Assembly: GCA_964036045.1 (NCBI GenBank)
Contig: OZ038379.1
Location: forward strand, 13,144,001 to 13,208,000
DNA length: 64,000 nt
Reading direction: 5' to 3'
From: Eutreptiella sp. 'Long Island Sound 2002'
Lineage: Eukaryota; Protista; Euglenida
Part shown: positions 1 to 13,140 of the stretch, one piece after another
Layout: each line of letters begins with the position of its first letter
Position numbering within the stretch: the first letter of the stretch is position 1
The notes under the pieces: model-generated
What the model was told of the DNA's origin: nothing
The model's database searches: none
What the model saw: only the letters and a program-made list of their open reading frames with translations
Made by a program: the position numbers and the translations under genes

Positions 1-416
1 ATGGCGGGAAGGACTCAAGAGGGGAGCGATGGGGAGTTTTATGAGGCTCCATGAGGTACCAGAAGGACACCGCAGTGGGCATACGGGTCTGGCAAAGCAT
101 GTCCAGACACGGATTGGCGGACCTGCATTGGGATTGGCAGTAGGCCGGGACATGCATGGACATGCACTGGCATACACGATTTTTACTCTTGACATGCCTG
201 GAAAAAATGGATTTGTGAGCACATGGTTGTCACTCTTGGATAGCTTGATGCTGACCCATAATTGTTCACTTGCGTGTGCCTTAGGGTGATCTAGCAGTGG
301 CATTGTGTCTAGTAAGTCAGTTCTAAGCATGTCTCCCAAGTAGGGTGCTGGAGAAACTCCCTGCTTGAACAGAGCCCTGTTGAGCACTTTGAAAGCTCTT
401 GTCATGATGTGCTCAG

Positions 417-1941
417 ATGCAATACAAAGATGCTCAGATGCAAAGCATGCAAGTGAAGATCAATGGGTTGGAAAAGCAGATTACCGAGTTGAAGCGAAAA
501 TCAGCAAAATCATCAGATTCCGAGGTATGTACTAGAAGGACAAATCTTTGGGTTGCTGGAATGTGCACTGCATGGTGGGTGTGGACAACCGTAAGGAAAA
601 GGAGGAAGAGCAACAGAGAAGTTTACACAGCTCCATGAGGTACCAGAACGACACCAAAGTGTGTATGGGGGGCGGTGTCTGCCTGGGCCTTTGGATAATG
701 AAATGACGATTATGAAATTCCTTTTTGTCTCTTTTGATAAGGGGCAAATTCGAGTGCCACATGCGAGCGCCAAAGGGGTACAAAATGTCCAAAAATGCAG
801 TCAATTTTTTCCTCAAAAGCCTCCGTTGCTTACTTTCCCACTCCCTCTCCCCGCCCCCTGCCGCTGGTCCACTCTCTCTTTGCCGTGCTAGATGCCTCTC
901 GACTTTGAAATGCGTTAGGACCAACAAAAATTTTGACCCCAACCATATACATCTCCTTGTTTGTTGTATTCTGGTGCTTGATTTGGCGGGTCTCTTGGCG
1001 GGGAGTAGTTTGTAAGGAATGGGCTATGCAGAGTCCTGTGAAAGCGCTTGTGGGAAAGACGCCCTGTCAATGCATGCTAGGGCGCCATCTTATGTTGAGG
1101 GCATCCATTCGACCATTTTGGTTGTTATGAAATCAAATCAAATCAAATCAAAAAATCTTGCATCTCATCTTTCGAAATGTTGACACTTCTTGACAGACTT
1201 TAAAATCAGGTTACCTCAAATTATTGCACTTCCTCAGCTCCTTGCACGGTTTCCGGATGGGATTGAGTTGTCATTGGGGAACGAGGATTCTTTGCCATGA
1301 TATCCCTTGCAACCTAATTTGCCAACCTAATTTGCACTCTGTGTTTTCTGTCTCAGGTTCCTTCGCAACGGCAAAAAGCTCGTAAGACACCGGAGGGTTT
1401 CAGATGGACATGTGTGTTGGTGCCTAAGGATTTTGACAACACTCAAGGCAATAATGGAGAAAATAGTAGCGAGGGTTGTAGCGGTGGCACTAGTGCTGGC
1501 AGTGGCAGTGGCAGTGGCAGTGGGGGTGCAGACAATAGTGCTAGTTGTGGCACCGGCGTCAGTGATAGTGGCCGTGCAAACAACAGTAGCAATACTGGGG
1601 GTAATCGCCAAGACAACAACAGTGGCTGTGATATTGGCAACAACATTGGCAATGCGGATCGTCACAATGTTCCCCACGCCCATGATGTATGGGCACCGAG
1701 TATTGATATTAACAGTTTGTATTCTCTCCCCGAGGCATCTAGTGAACCCCAGGTTGGTAAAACGATGCCAAGGAGTTACACGGCACCAAGAATGGAGCCA
1801 TTTTCCCGTCATCAGCCGGCATTTTTCAATGAGTCAACACCGGTTTACATGGACACAGATAGGTGGGATCCAAATGCATCTTCGTGCAAGCAGCCGGCAT
1901 TTTTCTTCAGCAGCGTAGGTAGCTACCAACCGCGCATGTAG
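417..1941 (+). CDS. Orphan coiled-coil + Gly/Ser/Asn-rich protein, paralog 1; predicted join(417..524,1357..1941), 230 aa
   Basis: Phase-0 GT-AG intron: donor gag|gtatgt at 524/525, acceptor ttttctgtctcag| at 1356, with CCTAAT branch-like sites upstream. Spliced product reads ...KSSDSE|VPSQRQKARKTPEGFRW.... Motifs are conserved in the divergent paralog at 18.7-20.3 kb. The true 5' end is uncertain. Confidence 0.55.
1130..1152. repeat. (AAATC)n pentanucleotide tract, possibly the tail of a minus-strand retroelement fragment in the intron
   Basis: aaatcaaatcaaatcaaatcaaaaaa; a shorter copy lies at ~10112-10130. Confidence 0.6.
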
Positions 1942-3299
1942 TGGTTGTGCTAGTCCTAATCCAGCATAGCAGGTGTTTGAGTTTCCAAGCTTTGACGACA
2001 GATTCAGCTCAATAGTTGCATATTTGATGAAGGTTGCTGGAGATAAGCTCAACAGTTGTAGCTTTGTTTCATTAGGGGGAATTTCAGAGTGATTTTTTTG
2101 TGAAGGGGCAGGGTAGGAGTTACATTGGCAGGCATGCTGTGGAATTCTGATGCAGGCATTCCCAAGGTGGAAAGATGGAAGTCCAAAAAGGGGGGGAGAG
2201 GGGGGCATAAGGGAGATGGTTGTTTTGGATATTGCAATGTATCAGCTGTTGTGAAGTTTTTGGCTTTATGGATCTCAAATGCGATGCTTTGGGGTCCCCC
2301 GCATCCGCCTCCCTCGGTGGACCCCTCCACCTCCCTATGCCCTCTCCCCTGACCTAATTTCTGTTTGTCTTTCTATCAATCATTCAATCTGTCAATCTGA
2401 TGAAGTCTCACCCCCTCCCCTGACCCCGAGGGCTCGGTTTGGACCCCCTTGGCAAACCACCTACGTTGTTAGCGTCAAGCATTTCAACGGCTCCGTCCCC
2501 TTCCGCCCCCTGCATTTTTCACTCCACATGTGGACATCTAAGTTTCTGTTTCTTCTCAGTCTCATCGTTCTTATGAATTTCACGGTTTTCTGGGCATTGC
2601 ATTGCGAGCTTGGATCCTCCTCTTTCTTTTCTATTCTCAGTTCAGTCGGCATTTACATTTTGGGTTTGACTATTGCTGGTGTTGTATTTGATCCTCAGTG
2701 TGCAATCATATTGATGACAACAGAGACATTGCAGCATTGAAAGTTCGACGACCATTTATTATCTATGTTTTAGAGAATTTAGTGCATGTGCACAAGCTAT
2801 TTTGTGCACCGCTCGAGTGCGGTGGACAGCCGCTGCTGAGGACCCCCCCAATGGGTGACACGAGCAACAAACACGCCAGGCTACCCCGCAAAGGGTCTGT
2901 GGCCCGAGGCCAGCACTAGTAGAGTCCTGGGCAAACCCCACTTCAGTAAGCTCAAGTGGGGCAAAACCGCCCGCCAGAGCAAGAGATCCTCACTCATTGC
3001 AGGAGGGCCAAAGCACAGGTTGAAGTGGAGGCACTTTACTATCCGGCATTTTTTTTTGTAGGGGATTGTGGATTGAATGCCCGTTGCAAGTTGTAGGTCT
3101 CGGGTATCATCATGCATCCTGGCAAAATTTATACATTGTAAGGAGCACACTGACAACACCGCACAAGGAAATAGATGTGCAGTCTTGGGTGGGCCATAGG
3201 AGTGTGTAATAGTCTTGGGCAGTCAATGGGGGATGGCATCAGTGCAGGGCACAACGGGGGAGTTTGGCAGCAGTCTTAGACATGCGAAAGGGCTGGGGG

Positions 3300-4400
3300 C
3301 TGGGTTGCTTAGGTGCACATACTTATCCCGTCTCACAACAGAAAGATGCCTTTGGAAAATGTACCATTGGCAGTCTTTCTTGTGCAAACGCCTGCTGCCG
3401 TCACTCCTTTAAGTGCGTTAGTCGCTGTGCAGCAATCCCACGGGAGCTTTTTGGGCAAGCTTGAGGTTTGTGATGGTCGATTTTCCACAGAAGAATTTTC
3501 TCCTTGCAAAGAAGTACCATGTTGGGGACCATGGCGTGCAGATACACTGTAAAGTGTGGTGTACCGCTTGATGGAAATCACACACCTAGATTTTGTACCA
3601 GAGAATCAGCTACATTGGTGCAACCCCTGCGAAGAAAAAGGCGCCGATTGGTCTGCTCCGGTGGTGTTGTGGTGCCTCCAGGAAGCATCCAAATCCTGCG
3701 AATTCATATTAGGAAACGGTGTGAAATGTTCTTATCTTAGACAGCAAGATGTGGGCTATAGGACAAGTGCAAATCCACCAAGACTTTTCAAATGGCGATT
3801 AGACTGTGGAGTGCAAACACAACGGAGATGGTCTACTGGATCTGAAGTAAATTGCGGCAGCACAGTGTGGTGTCTTTCGTCTAAACTAGTGATCATGTGC
3901 TACCAGGCCTGTTTCAGTCTCGTGATCTACAACAGAAATTCGGAATCAAAGAACACAGGCAAAAACTGATGGCAAACTTTGACGAAGAGCACAAGTGAGA
4001 TGCCCAGCTGGCAGATGGCGCGCGTGTCAATCAGTGCAGCACAAAACTCAGTGAGGACATTGCATTTGCATGGGAATGCACCAAATTGAATGAGGCTAAT
4101 TGGTGATTCTTTCAGGAAAACTGGTCATTTTGTTTTGTTGCAGCTGAGGGTATCCTTTCACGCATGCTTTGTTGGCTCAGTGATCTGCCACGTGAGCCAC
4201 CCTTGTGCACCCCCACAAGCGCCTGTTCTGGGTTTAACTCATCCCTGATGACTTTCCTAAGGCCTTGGGGTTGCATATTGCAATGCAGTTTGCACGGGCA
4301 ACAAGATAATGCGAAGGCGGTGTCCAATTTTCAAACCAGGTCTATGTTTTGGCAAATGAGGCTGAGATTGCTCCACCTTGACAGTCACAGTCACACGAGC
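3300..4400 (-). mobile_element. Highly decayed non-LTR (LINE) reverse transcriptase relic
   Basis: Minus-strand translation across frameshifts gives ...ENW(T)P / ALSCCPCKL...LRKVIRDELNPEQA (resembles NWRPIxL...K...L.PEQxG) at ~4330-4220, and VQNLGV (resembles xKYLG) at ~3590. Many stops are present and no clean YADD motif is seen. Confidence 0.35.
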
Positions 4401-4961
4401 CGGCACAGCACACTACACAAGAGCTGGAGGGGCTCAGAGATGTCAGAGGCAGACGGAGACACACACGGAGAGGCTGCCGAATGGCATACACTAGTGGCAG
4501 ATTGTACCCGGAGAAAAGAACTGCTCTGTGAATGCATGTCGTGAAAGCAATCATGATAGAAGGCTATCTAGAATCGACGATGCGCTGTTGTATCCAGTTT
4601 TCGTTGCGAATACTCTTCCCAGTAGAAAAGGGCTTGAGGTCATAGACCACTGGACAATGCGCATCCTGAAGCATCAGCGGGCTTGCTACATGGAATAGTC
4701 GGAGAGAACGTTGGTTGCAAGGGGTTTTTGGGATGGATGGGGCATGGGGTTGATTTTCGGGAAGGTTGCGAAAAGCTGTGCTGGCTACGCCCATGCCGTG
4801 GACGTTGTGTGGGGATCACTAGACGCTGTTCGCTAGTGCCATTGGACGTGACCTCACTTGTCTCAATATCCTCAGGACCGGGCCATCCCTACCTCCGAAA
4901 CAGAAACGCGTACGAAGAGTCCTCGTCCAAGCAGGCCTCCCCCCGACCAGATTTTTCAAAC

Positions 4962-5822
4962 CACGGGGGGCGGCCGGGCCCGGTCCTTGTATGCAACCCC
5001 CCCCAGCCCCTCCCCCCCCCATCCCCCTCCCCCAGGTTTTGAAAGATAGTGGTGCCGGCTCAGCCACCAACAAGTGTCTCTAGAGAAAGCTGTCCGGCGC
5101 CGAAGGCACCAAAGTTTTTTTTCTTACTATGTGTTTATATTCAAAATACTGAAAATCTTTTAGAGAATTCATATTTGTGTTAAAACAACAAGAAGGAGGG
5201 CTACGGGAGGGCTGCAGGCCCTAACAGCAACCACAACCCTAGCCCCATTTGGGCACACGCCTGTTTGGGCTTGAGCTTGCAGCTTGCGGCCGCCTAGTGG
5301 GCCTAGGTATTGGGGTCTAGGCGTCAGTTTGGGCAATTCTGAGGGGTGAAAACCACAAAAAGTGGGGGGTTGCGGGTGGAGTAGGTGCCCTTGGAATCGC
5401 ATTTTGAGCCATGTAGCCAAAGGTATGGCCTATTCTTGGTTTGTGGCTGTCGGCATTTGAGCTTCTGGGGGCCTTTTTGGGCTGTTTCCGGGACATATCA
5501 TTCAGTTAGAGGGCCGCAAAGAGCTCGTTGACACGGGGAAGTCAAGCCGCACGTGGAGTGTACCAACCGTTTCCCTTCGTTTGGCCGTTTCGAATGTGTT
5601 CCAGGGCTTTTTTGGCCCAAAAAGGGCTGTTTTTGGCCCTAAACTGCAGTTTTTGAAACTGAGGTCCGCCACTTGCGAATCCCATTCCCGGCCGCCACCG
5701 TTGAGTTTCTTGCTCAAACTTTGTGTGATTGTACTTCACACCCATAGGTATCATCCACCAAAATTTCATCCGAATCTGAAGCACCAAGACGGATTTCTGA
5801 TTTTTCCCCATTTCGCGCGTGC

Positions 5823-5865
<43 letters not shown>

Positions 5866-6030
5866 GCTAAACCTGGTAGGTCCACCCTAGACACTAAAAA
5901 GGGTTATAAAACCAAGACTGGTTCCACCAGCTCGGTGACCCGAGCCCTAACCCTAACCCCTCCCCCCTCGACCCTGGCTGGATGCCCCCATGACCCCCGG
6001 CTAGACCCCCCCCCCCACCCCCTGCCAGAC

Positions 6031-6085
<55 letters not shown>

Positions 6086-6218
6086 ACCCCCGGCCAGACC
6101 CCCCCCACCCCCGGGAGGAACCCCCCTCCCCCCCAACTGCCCCTCCCCCCCCCGAGGTTTTGAAATTAGTTGGGGGGTGGGTCGCATCAGGACCGGTTGT
6201 AGTCGCCCCCCCCCCGTG
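4962..6218. mobile_element. 1257-bp non-autonomous TIR DNA transposon with 8-bp TSD
   Basis: TTTCAAAC at 4954-4961 and 6219-6226. Imperfect TIRs: CACGGGGGG...CCGGTCCT vs the reverse complement of the right end. Duplicate copy 2 has a single TTTCAAAC (13694-13701) and no element. Confidence 0.92.
5821..5865. repeat. (GCTT)n microsatellite inside the TIR element
   Basis: gctgcttgcttgcttgcttgctgcttgcttgcttgcttgcttgctgc. Confidence 0.9.
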
Positions 6219-8818
6219 TTTCAAACATCCCCCATTTCCGGCAATTGGGTTACTGTTTTTGGTGGTCAACGAAGAGGGAAAATGGGAGGAATTCGCACTG
6301 TGTGTTGCATTCGCTACCACCGTGTCCTATCGGACAATCGTAGCAGTGGACAGCTTGAAGTTTGATTCCCAGAGTTGCGTATAGGGGTCCACAGAGCGGG
6401 AAAGAGGCAATTTGGCGACATAACCCCTACCATATCCGGGACGTGCAGATGTTATGAGACCATTTCCTTGTTCTACCTTTTGACTCTCCCAGGCATGCCC
6501 CAACTTGTACCCGAGCATCGGGGGGTGCATCAGTTCCCTTGCGTTGGAATATTGAAGTATCATCTCTGTGCCGGCGACAGGTGCAACAAGCACCCAGAAT
6601 GCAACAAATCCAATCACACGTGTTTTGCAAACTTTTGTGCAGCGGCAACCACTGCCCTAGCCTCATGCCTTTTGTGCAGTTGGAACCACAGCCCCAACCA
6701 AACCCCTTTTGTACAGCGACAACTGCGTTCCTCAGCACCTCCTTTTGTGCAACTACAGCCGTAGCAGGGTTTGATGATGGCCCGGTTGGTGTGGATGCAG
6801 TGATATGGCCATAGAATGCACTGCCATATATTTCTGAATGCAACCGTGTGTTCGCATGGGGTTTTGCGTGGAGGCCCTCAAATCCGGCATAATTCATTGC
6901 CATGGAATCAGGTCTTTGTCCCCTGCTCTCTTAATATGGCAGACACTAGTGCTCCTCACGCGGTTGTTGATAATGTTGTTGCTGATGGACCTGACACCAT
7001 GCATCTTCTAGCCATGAATGCGGGTTACCAGGCTCAAGTATGTTCATTTTGCTTGGTTTGCATGCCCCTTGCCCACTTTTGGGCACATTCTGGCTTTCAA
7101 CTTCCAGCTCTACATTCAGCCCAAGTTTGAATTCTGCCCCAAATCTAATTGTGAGCCCTAGAATTCTGATTTTAGCCCTCAACATACCAACACTTTGAAA
7201 TCCTGAACAACCCTAAACAGCCGTGAATAGCCCTCCTCAAACCCGATGGACGTCCAAATACTACTCCACAAGCCTCAACAATACTAAATAAGCCTCCACA
7301 ACCCTCAGCGATTAGACCAGCACCGATCTTCTGCCCAGATACCACCTTCGTTCGCTGAGATACAACCAAGATGGATCCAACCAAGGTGATAAGGATCCGC
7401 GGGCCCAACGTGTGCAATATTTCAAGTCCAAGTCTCGTGGATCAGCCAGCAAGTGGGCGAGGCCCGCTCCCGTTCCCAAGCCCAATCTCAGTCCCATTGC
7501 CAGTCCAAGTCTCGTCGAGGCCTAACAAACAAAAGCATTTGGGGCATGCTTACGGCGGCAAAAGTGCTTCCCATAACCTTGAGAGGTGAACGTACGCTCA
7601 AGGTCCACACAACGCAAACAGCCGCCGATGCCAAGAGACAGGTTGGCAACCGAGCGCCGCTCGACCAGATGTGTAATGAACAGGCTTGGGGGCTGTTGCC
7701 GTTCTTGTCATGCTGGAGCTATCTCTTTTGCACAGGTTTGCTCCCTTTGCCAGGCCAAGGATGGTGTTTGTGAATATTGATTTTGCATGTGTGAGGCATC
7801 ATGTAGGGCAAAAATTTGTGATAATGATTTTGACGGGAGAAAAGTACATGACACAATTTGTAGTGTAACCACCCCCCCCCCCTCTGCAAGTGAGAATCTT
7901 GGATGGATAGCGGGGCTGTTGCATGTTTGATGAGGGGAAAACGTTCACAAGGGACTGTGGCACGCTGAATCCCCTCTTTGCCAAATGTGGTTGGCTTTAT
8001 CCAGAACCTTTTCTTGTTTTGTTGTGCCAACGAGGTTCAGGTGGATTGGCATTGTAGGGGGGCGAAGTCGAAAGTGCAAGTTACGAAGCACAACAGGACT
8101 CAGAAACCGAAATGGAGCACTGCTACGTAAGAGTCCTCATGCCACCGGATGCCCTCAGTCCCCACTCCCTTCACTTTCCAGGGCACTAAATTTTCCCTTG
8201 TCTTTATTCACCCACAACATACCATGTTTGCATATGGCCCTTTTTCAGGCCTTGCTACTCCAAATAGTAGCCCAAAGCTCGTGCCAACAGCCCCACCAGG
8301 TGTCCGAATTCACACCTGCATCTCGGTCCTCTCCTCCCTCACACGGCACGTTGCTCAGAAGTTTGATGTCAAGAGGCATTCTGTACAGCAAGGAGAGCGT
8401 GGATGGCGGGAAGGACTCAAGAGGGGAGCGATGGGGAGTTTTATGAGGCTCCATGAGGTACCAGAAGGACACCGCAGTGTGCATACGGGTCTGGCAAAGC
8501 ATGTCCAGACACGGATTGGCGGACCTGCATTGGGATTGGCAGTAGGCCGGGACATGCATGGACATGCACTGGCATGCACGATTTTTACTCTTGACATGCC
8601 TGGAAAAAATGGATTTGTGAGCACATGGTTGTCACTCTTGGATAGCTTGATGCTGACCCATAATTGTTCACTTGCGTGTGCCTTAGGGTGATCTAGCAGT
8701 GGCATCGTGTCTAGTAAGTCAGTTCTAAGCATGTCTCCCAAGTAGGGTGCTGGGGAAACTCCCCGCTTGAACAGAGCCCTATTGAGCACTTTGAAAGCTC
8801 TTGTCATGATGCGCTCAG

Positions 8819-10939
8819 ATGCAAGTCAAGGATGCTCAGATGCAAAGCATGCAAGTGAAGATCAATGGGTTGGAAAAGCAGATTACCGAGTTGAAGCGAA
8901 AATCAGCAGCATCATCAGATTCCGAGGTATGTACTAGAAGGACAAATCTTTGGGTTGCTGGAATGTGGAATGTTGTGGTAGGAGTGTGCACTGCATGGTG
9001 TGTGTAGCAGGGATGGATTTGGCAGCTACTGTTCTTATGGGTGGGCCTCGTGTTCATCAGGGGGCGAGAGGGTAATAGAAATGGACCGCGAATAGATTTG
9101 GGAAGCATTGCGAATTCTTGCAAGGGCCGATGGCTGGAGTATTGGGGCAGACTAATGGCCGTGGTAGGAGCAGCCGGGGCCAACAAGGACTGTATGCAAG
9201 CATGGCATGAAATGTGTGAATAAACACATGTGCAAGTACAACCACGTGGGAAGTGAAGGGAGTGGGGGCCCCAGTTGGTATGAGGACACAGCACGCCGCC
9301 CGGCACAGGTGTTGTGTTGAGAGGCATCCAGCATGCAAAGTGGGTGTGGACAACGGTAAGGAAAAGGAGGAAGAGCAACAGAGAAGTTTACACAGCTCCA
9401 TGAGGTACCAGAACGACACCAAAGTGTGTATGGGGGGCGGTGTCTGCCTGGGCCTTTGGATAATGAAATGACGATTATGAAATTCCTTTTTGTCTCTTTT
9501 GATAAGGGGCGAATTCGAGTGCCACATACGAGCGCCAAAGGGGTACAAAATGGCCAAAAATGCAGTCAATTCTTTCCTCAAAAGGCTCCGTTGCTTTCTT
9601 TCCCACTCCCTCTCCCCGCCCCCTGCCGCTGGTCCACTCTCTCTTTGCCGTGCTAGATGCCTCTCGACTTTGAAATGTGTTAGGACCAACAAAATTTTGG
9701 ACCCCGACCATATACATCTCCTTGTTTGTTGTATTCTGGTGCTTGATTTGGTGGGTCTCTTGGTGGGGGGTAGTTTGTACGGAATGGGCTATGCAGAGTC
9801 CTGTGAAAGGGCTTGTGGGAAAGACGCCTTGTCAATGCATGCTAGGGTGCCATATCGTACCAGGGTCCATGAAATAAGGATACGGAGCGCAAAGGGTACC
9901 ATTAGGGCATCCTGCAAATCCAAGGGTGAGGGCTAGGCGGGCCTTGAGCCCCCGTTTGGACCTCTTGCTCCCCCCCCCCTTTCTTAGGGAGCCCCAAAGC
10001 CCTAGGCCCCCCCAAACCCCTTTTGGCAATTGAATTTGCCAGTGCCTCAGCCCTCAGAAGACGGCAATGTCTTATGTTGAGGGCATCCATTGGACCATTT
10101 TGGTTGGTATGAAATCAAATCAAATCAAAAAATCTTGCATCTCATCTTTCGAAATGTTGACACTTCTTGACAGACTTTAAAATCAGGTTACCTCAAATTA
10201 TTGCACTTCCTAAGCTCCTTGCACGGTTTCCGGATGGGATTGAGTTGTCATCCGGGAACGAGGACTCTTTGCCATGATATCCCTTGCAACCTACTTTGCC
10301 AACCTAATTTGCACTCTGTGTTTTCTGTCTCAGGTTCCTTCGCAACGGCAAAAAGCTCGTAAGACACCGGAGGGTTTCAGATGGACGTGTGTGTTGGTGC
10401 CTGAGGATTTTGACAACGCTGAAGGCAATAATGGAGAAAATAGCAGCGAGGGTTGTAGCGGTGGCACTAGTGCTGGCAGTGGCAGTGGCAGTGCTGGTGG
10501 CAGTGGCGGTGGCAGTGGCGGTGGGGGTGCAGACAAAAGTGCTAGTTGTGGCATTGGCGTCAGTGATAGTGGCCGTGCAACCAACAGTAGCAATACTGGG
10601 GGTAATCGCCAAGACAACAACAGTGGCTGTGATATTGGCAACAATGGTAGTTATATTGGTCGCGACATTGGCAATGCGGATCGTCACAATGTTCCCCACG
10701 CCCATGGGGTATCGGCACCGAGTATTGATATTAACAGTACGTATTCTCTCCCCGTGGCATCTAGTGAACCCCAGGTTGGTAAAACGATGCCAAGGAGTTA
10801 CACGGCACCAAGAATGGAGCCATTTTCCCGTCATCAGCCGGCATTTTCCAATGAGTCAACACCGGTTTACATGGACACAGATAGGTGGGATCCAAATGCA
10901 TCTTCGTGCAAGCAGCTGGCATTTTTCTTCAGCAAGTAG
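8819..10939 (+). CDS. Orphan coiled-coil + Gly/Ser-rich protein, paralog 2; predicted join(8819..8926,10334..10939)
   Basis: Same splice sites as paralog 1 (donor 8926/8927, acceptor 10333). Exon 2 has in-frame Gly/Ser expansions. A 1-bp deletion near the 3' end gives an earlier stop (FFFSK*). Confidence 0.55.
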
Positions 10940-12059
10940 GTAGCTACCAACCGCGCATGTAGTGGTTGTGCTAGTCCTAATCCAGCATAGCAGGTGTTTG
11001 AGTTTCCAAGCTTTGACGATAGATTGAGCTCAATGGTTGCATATTTGATGAAGGTTGCTGGAGATAAGCTCAACAGTTGTAGCTTTGTTTCATTAGGGAG
11101 AATTCCAGAGTGATTTTTTTGTGAAGGGGCAGGGTAGGAGTTACATTGGCAGGCATGCTGTGGAATTCTGATGCAGGCATTCCCAAGGTGGAAAGATAGA
11201 AGTCCAAAAAGGGGGGGAGAGGGGGGCATAAGGGAGATGGTTGTTTTGGATATTGCAATGTATCAGCTGCTGTGAAGTTTTTGGCTTTATGGATCTCAAA
11301 TGCGATGCTTTGGGGTCCCCCGCATCCGCCTCCCCCGGTGGACCCCTCCACCTCCCTATGCCCTCTCCCCTGACCTAATTTCTGTTTGTCTTTCTATAAA
11401 TCATTCAATCTGTCAATCTGATGAAGTCTCACCCCCTCCCCTGACCCCGAGGGCTCAGTTTGGACCCCCTTGGCAAACCACCTACGTTGTTAGCGTCAAG
11501 CATTTCAACGGCTCCGTCCCCTTCCGCCCCCTGCATTTTTCACTCCACATGTGGACATCTAAGTTTCTGTTTCTTCTCAGTCTCATCGTTCTTATGAATT
11601 TCACGGTTTTCTTGGCATTGCATTGCGAGCTTGGATCCTCCTCTTTCTTTTCTATTCTCAGTGAAGTCGGCATTTACATTTTGGGTTTGACTATTGGTGG
11701 TGTTGTATTTGATCCTCAGTGTGCAATCATATTGATGACAACAGAGACATTGCAGCATTGAAAGTTCGACGACCATTTATCATCTATGTTTCAGAGAATT
11801 CAGTGCATGTGCGCAAACTATATTGTGCACCGCTCGAGTGCGGTGGACAGCCGCTGCTGAGGACCCCCCCAATGGGCGACACGAGCAACAAACACGCCAG
11901 GCTACCCCGCAAAGGGTCTGTGGCCCGAGGCCAGCACTAGTAGAGTCCTGGGCAAACCCCACTTCAGTAAGCTCAAGTGGGGAAAAACCGCCCGCCCAAG
12001 CAAGAGATCCTCGCTCATTGCAGGGGGGCCAAAGCACACTTTCTTTACGTGTGTACTTA

Positions 12060-13140
12060 TCCCGTCTCGCAACAGAAAGATGCCTTTGGAACATGTACCA
12101 TTGGCAGTCTTTCTTCTGCAAACGCTTCCTGCCGTCACTCCTTTAAGTGCGTTAGTCGCTGTGCAGCAATCCCACGGGAGCTTTTTGGGCAAGCTTGAGG
12201 TTCGTGATGGTTGATTTTCCATAGAAGAATTTTCTCCTTGCAAAGAAGTACCATGTTGGGGACCATGGCGTGCAGATACACTGTAAAGTGTGGTGTACCG
12301 CTTGATGGAAATCACACACCTAGATTTTGTACCAGAGAAACAGCTACATTGGTGCAACCCCTGCGAAGAAAAAGGCGCCGATTGGTCTGCTCCGGTGGTG
12401 TTGTGGTGCCTCCAGGAAGCATCCAAATCCTGCGAATTCATATTAGGAAACGGTGTGAAATGTTCTTATCTTAGACAGCAAGATGTGGGCTATAGGACAA
12501 GTGCAAATCCACCAAGACTTTTCAAATGGCGATTAGACTGTGGAGTGCAAACACAACGGAGATGGTCTACTGGATCTGAAGTAAATTGCGGCAGCACAGT
12601 GTGGTGTCTTTCGTCTAAACTAGTGATCATGTGCTGCCAGGCCTGTTTCAGTCTCGTGATCTACAACAGAAATTCGGAATCAAAGAACACAGGCAAAAAC
12701 TGATGGCAAACTTTGACGAAGAGCAGAAGTGAGATGCCCAGCTGGCAGATGGCGCGCGTGTCAATCAGTGCAGCACAAAACTCAGTGAGGACATTGCATT
12801 TGCATGGGAATGCACCAAATTGAATGAGGCTAATTGGTGATTCTTTCAAGAAAACTGGTCATTTCGTTTTGTTGCAGCTGAGGGTATCCTTTCACGCATG
12901 CTTTGTTGGCTCAGTGATCTGCCACGTGAGCCACCCTTGTGCACCCCCACAAGCGCCTGTTCTGGGTTTAACTCATCCCTGATGACTTTCCTAAGGCCTT
13001 GGGGTTGCATATTGCAATGCAGTTTGCACGGGCAACAAGATAATGCGAAGGCGGTGTCCAATTTTCAAACCAGGTCTATGTTTTGGCAAATGAGGCTGAG
13101 ATTGCTCCACCTTGACAGTCACAGTCACACGAGCCGGCAC
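12060..13140 (-). mobile_element. Second copy of the decayed LINE RT relic
   Basis: Duplicate of ~3300-4400, with the same DELNPEQA and VQNLGV motifs. Confidence 0.35.

Larger units (their letters stand above)
1..6440. repeat. Tandem segmental duplication, copy 1 (begins upstream of the window)
   Basis: Position 1 (atggcgggaaggactcaagagggg) recurs at 8403. The copies are colinear and near-identical by eye until ~6440 vs ~13925, apart from large indels. Confidence 0.95.

Noticed and set aside
5945-5960. Telomere-like CCCTAACCCTAACCC
   Set aside because: Only ~2.5 units and internal to a transposon, so not evidence of a chromosome end or fusion.
5581-6384. 267-aa Pro-rich ORF and opposite Gly-rich ORFs
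   Set aside because: They are created by poly-C runs inside the transposon and cross the element boundary; the empty-site copy lacks them.
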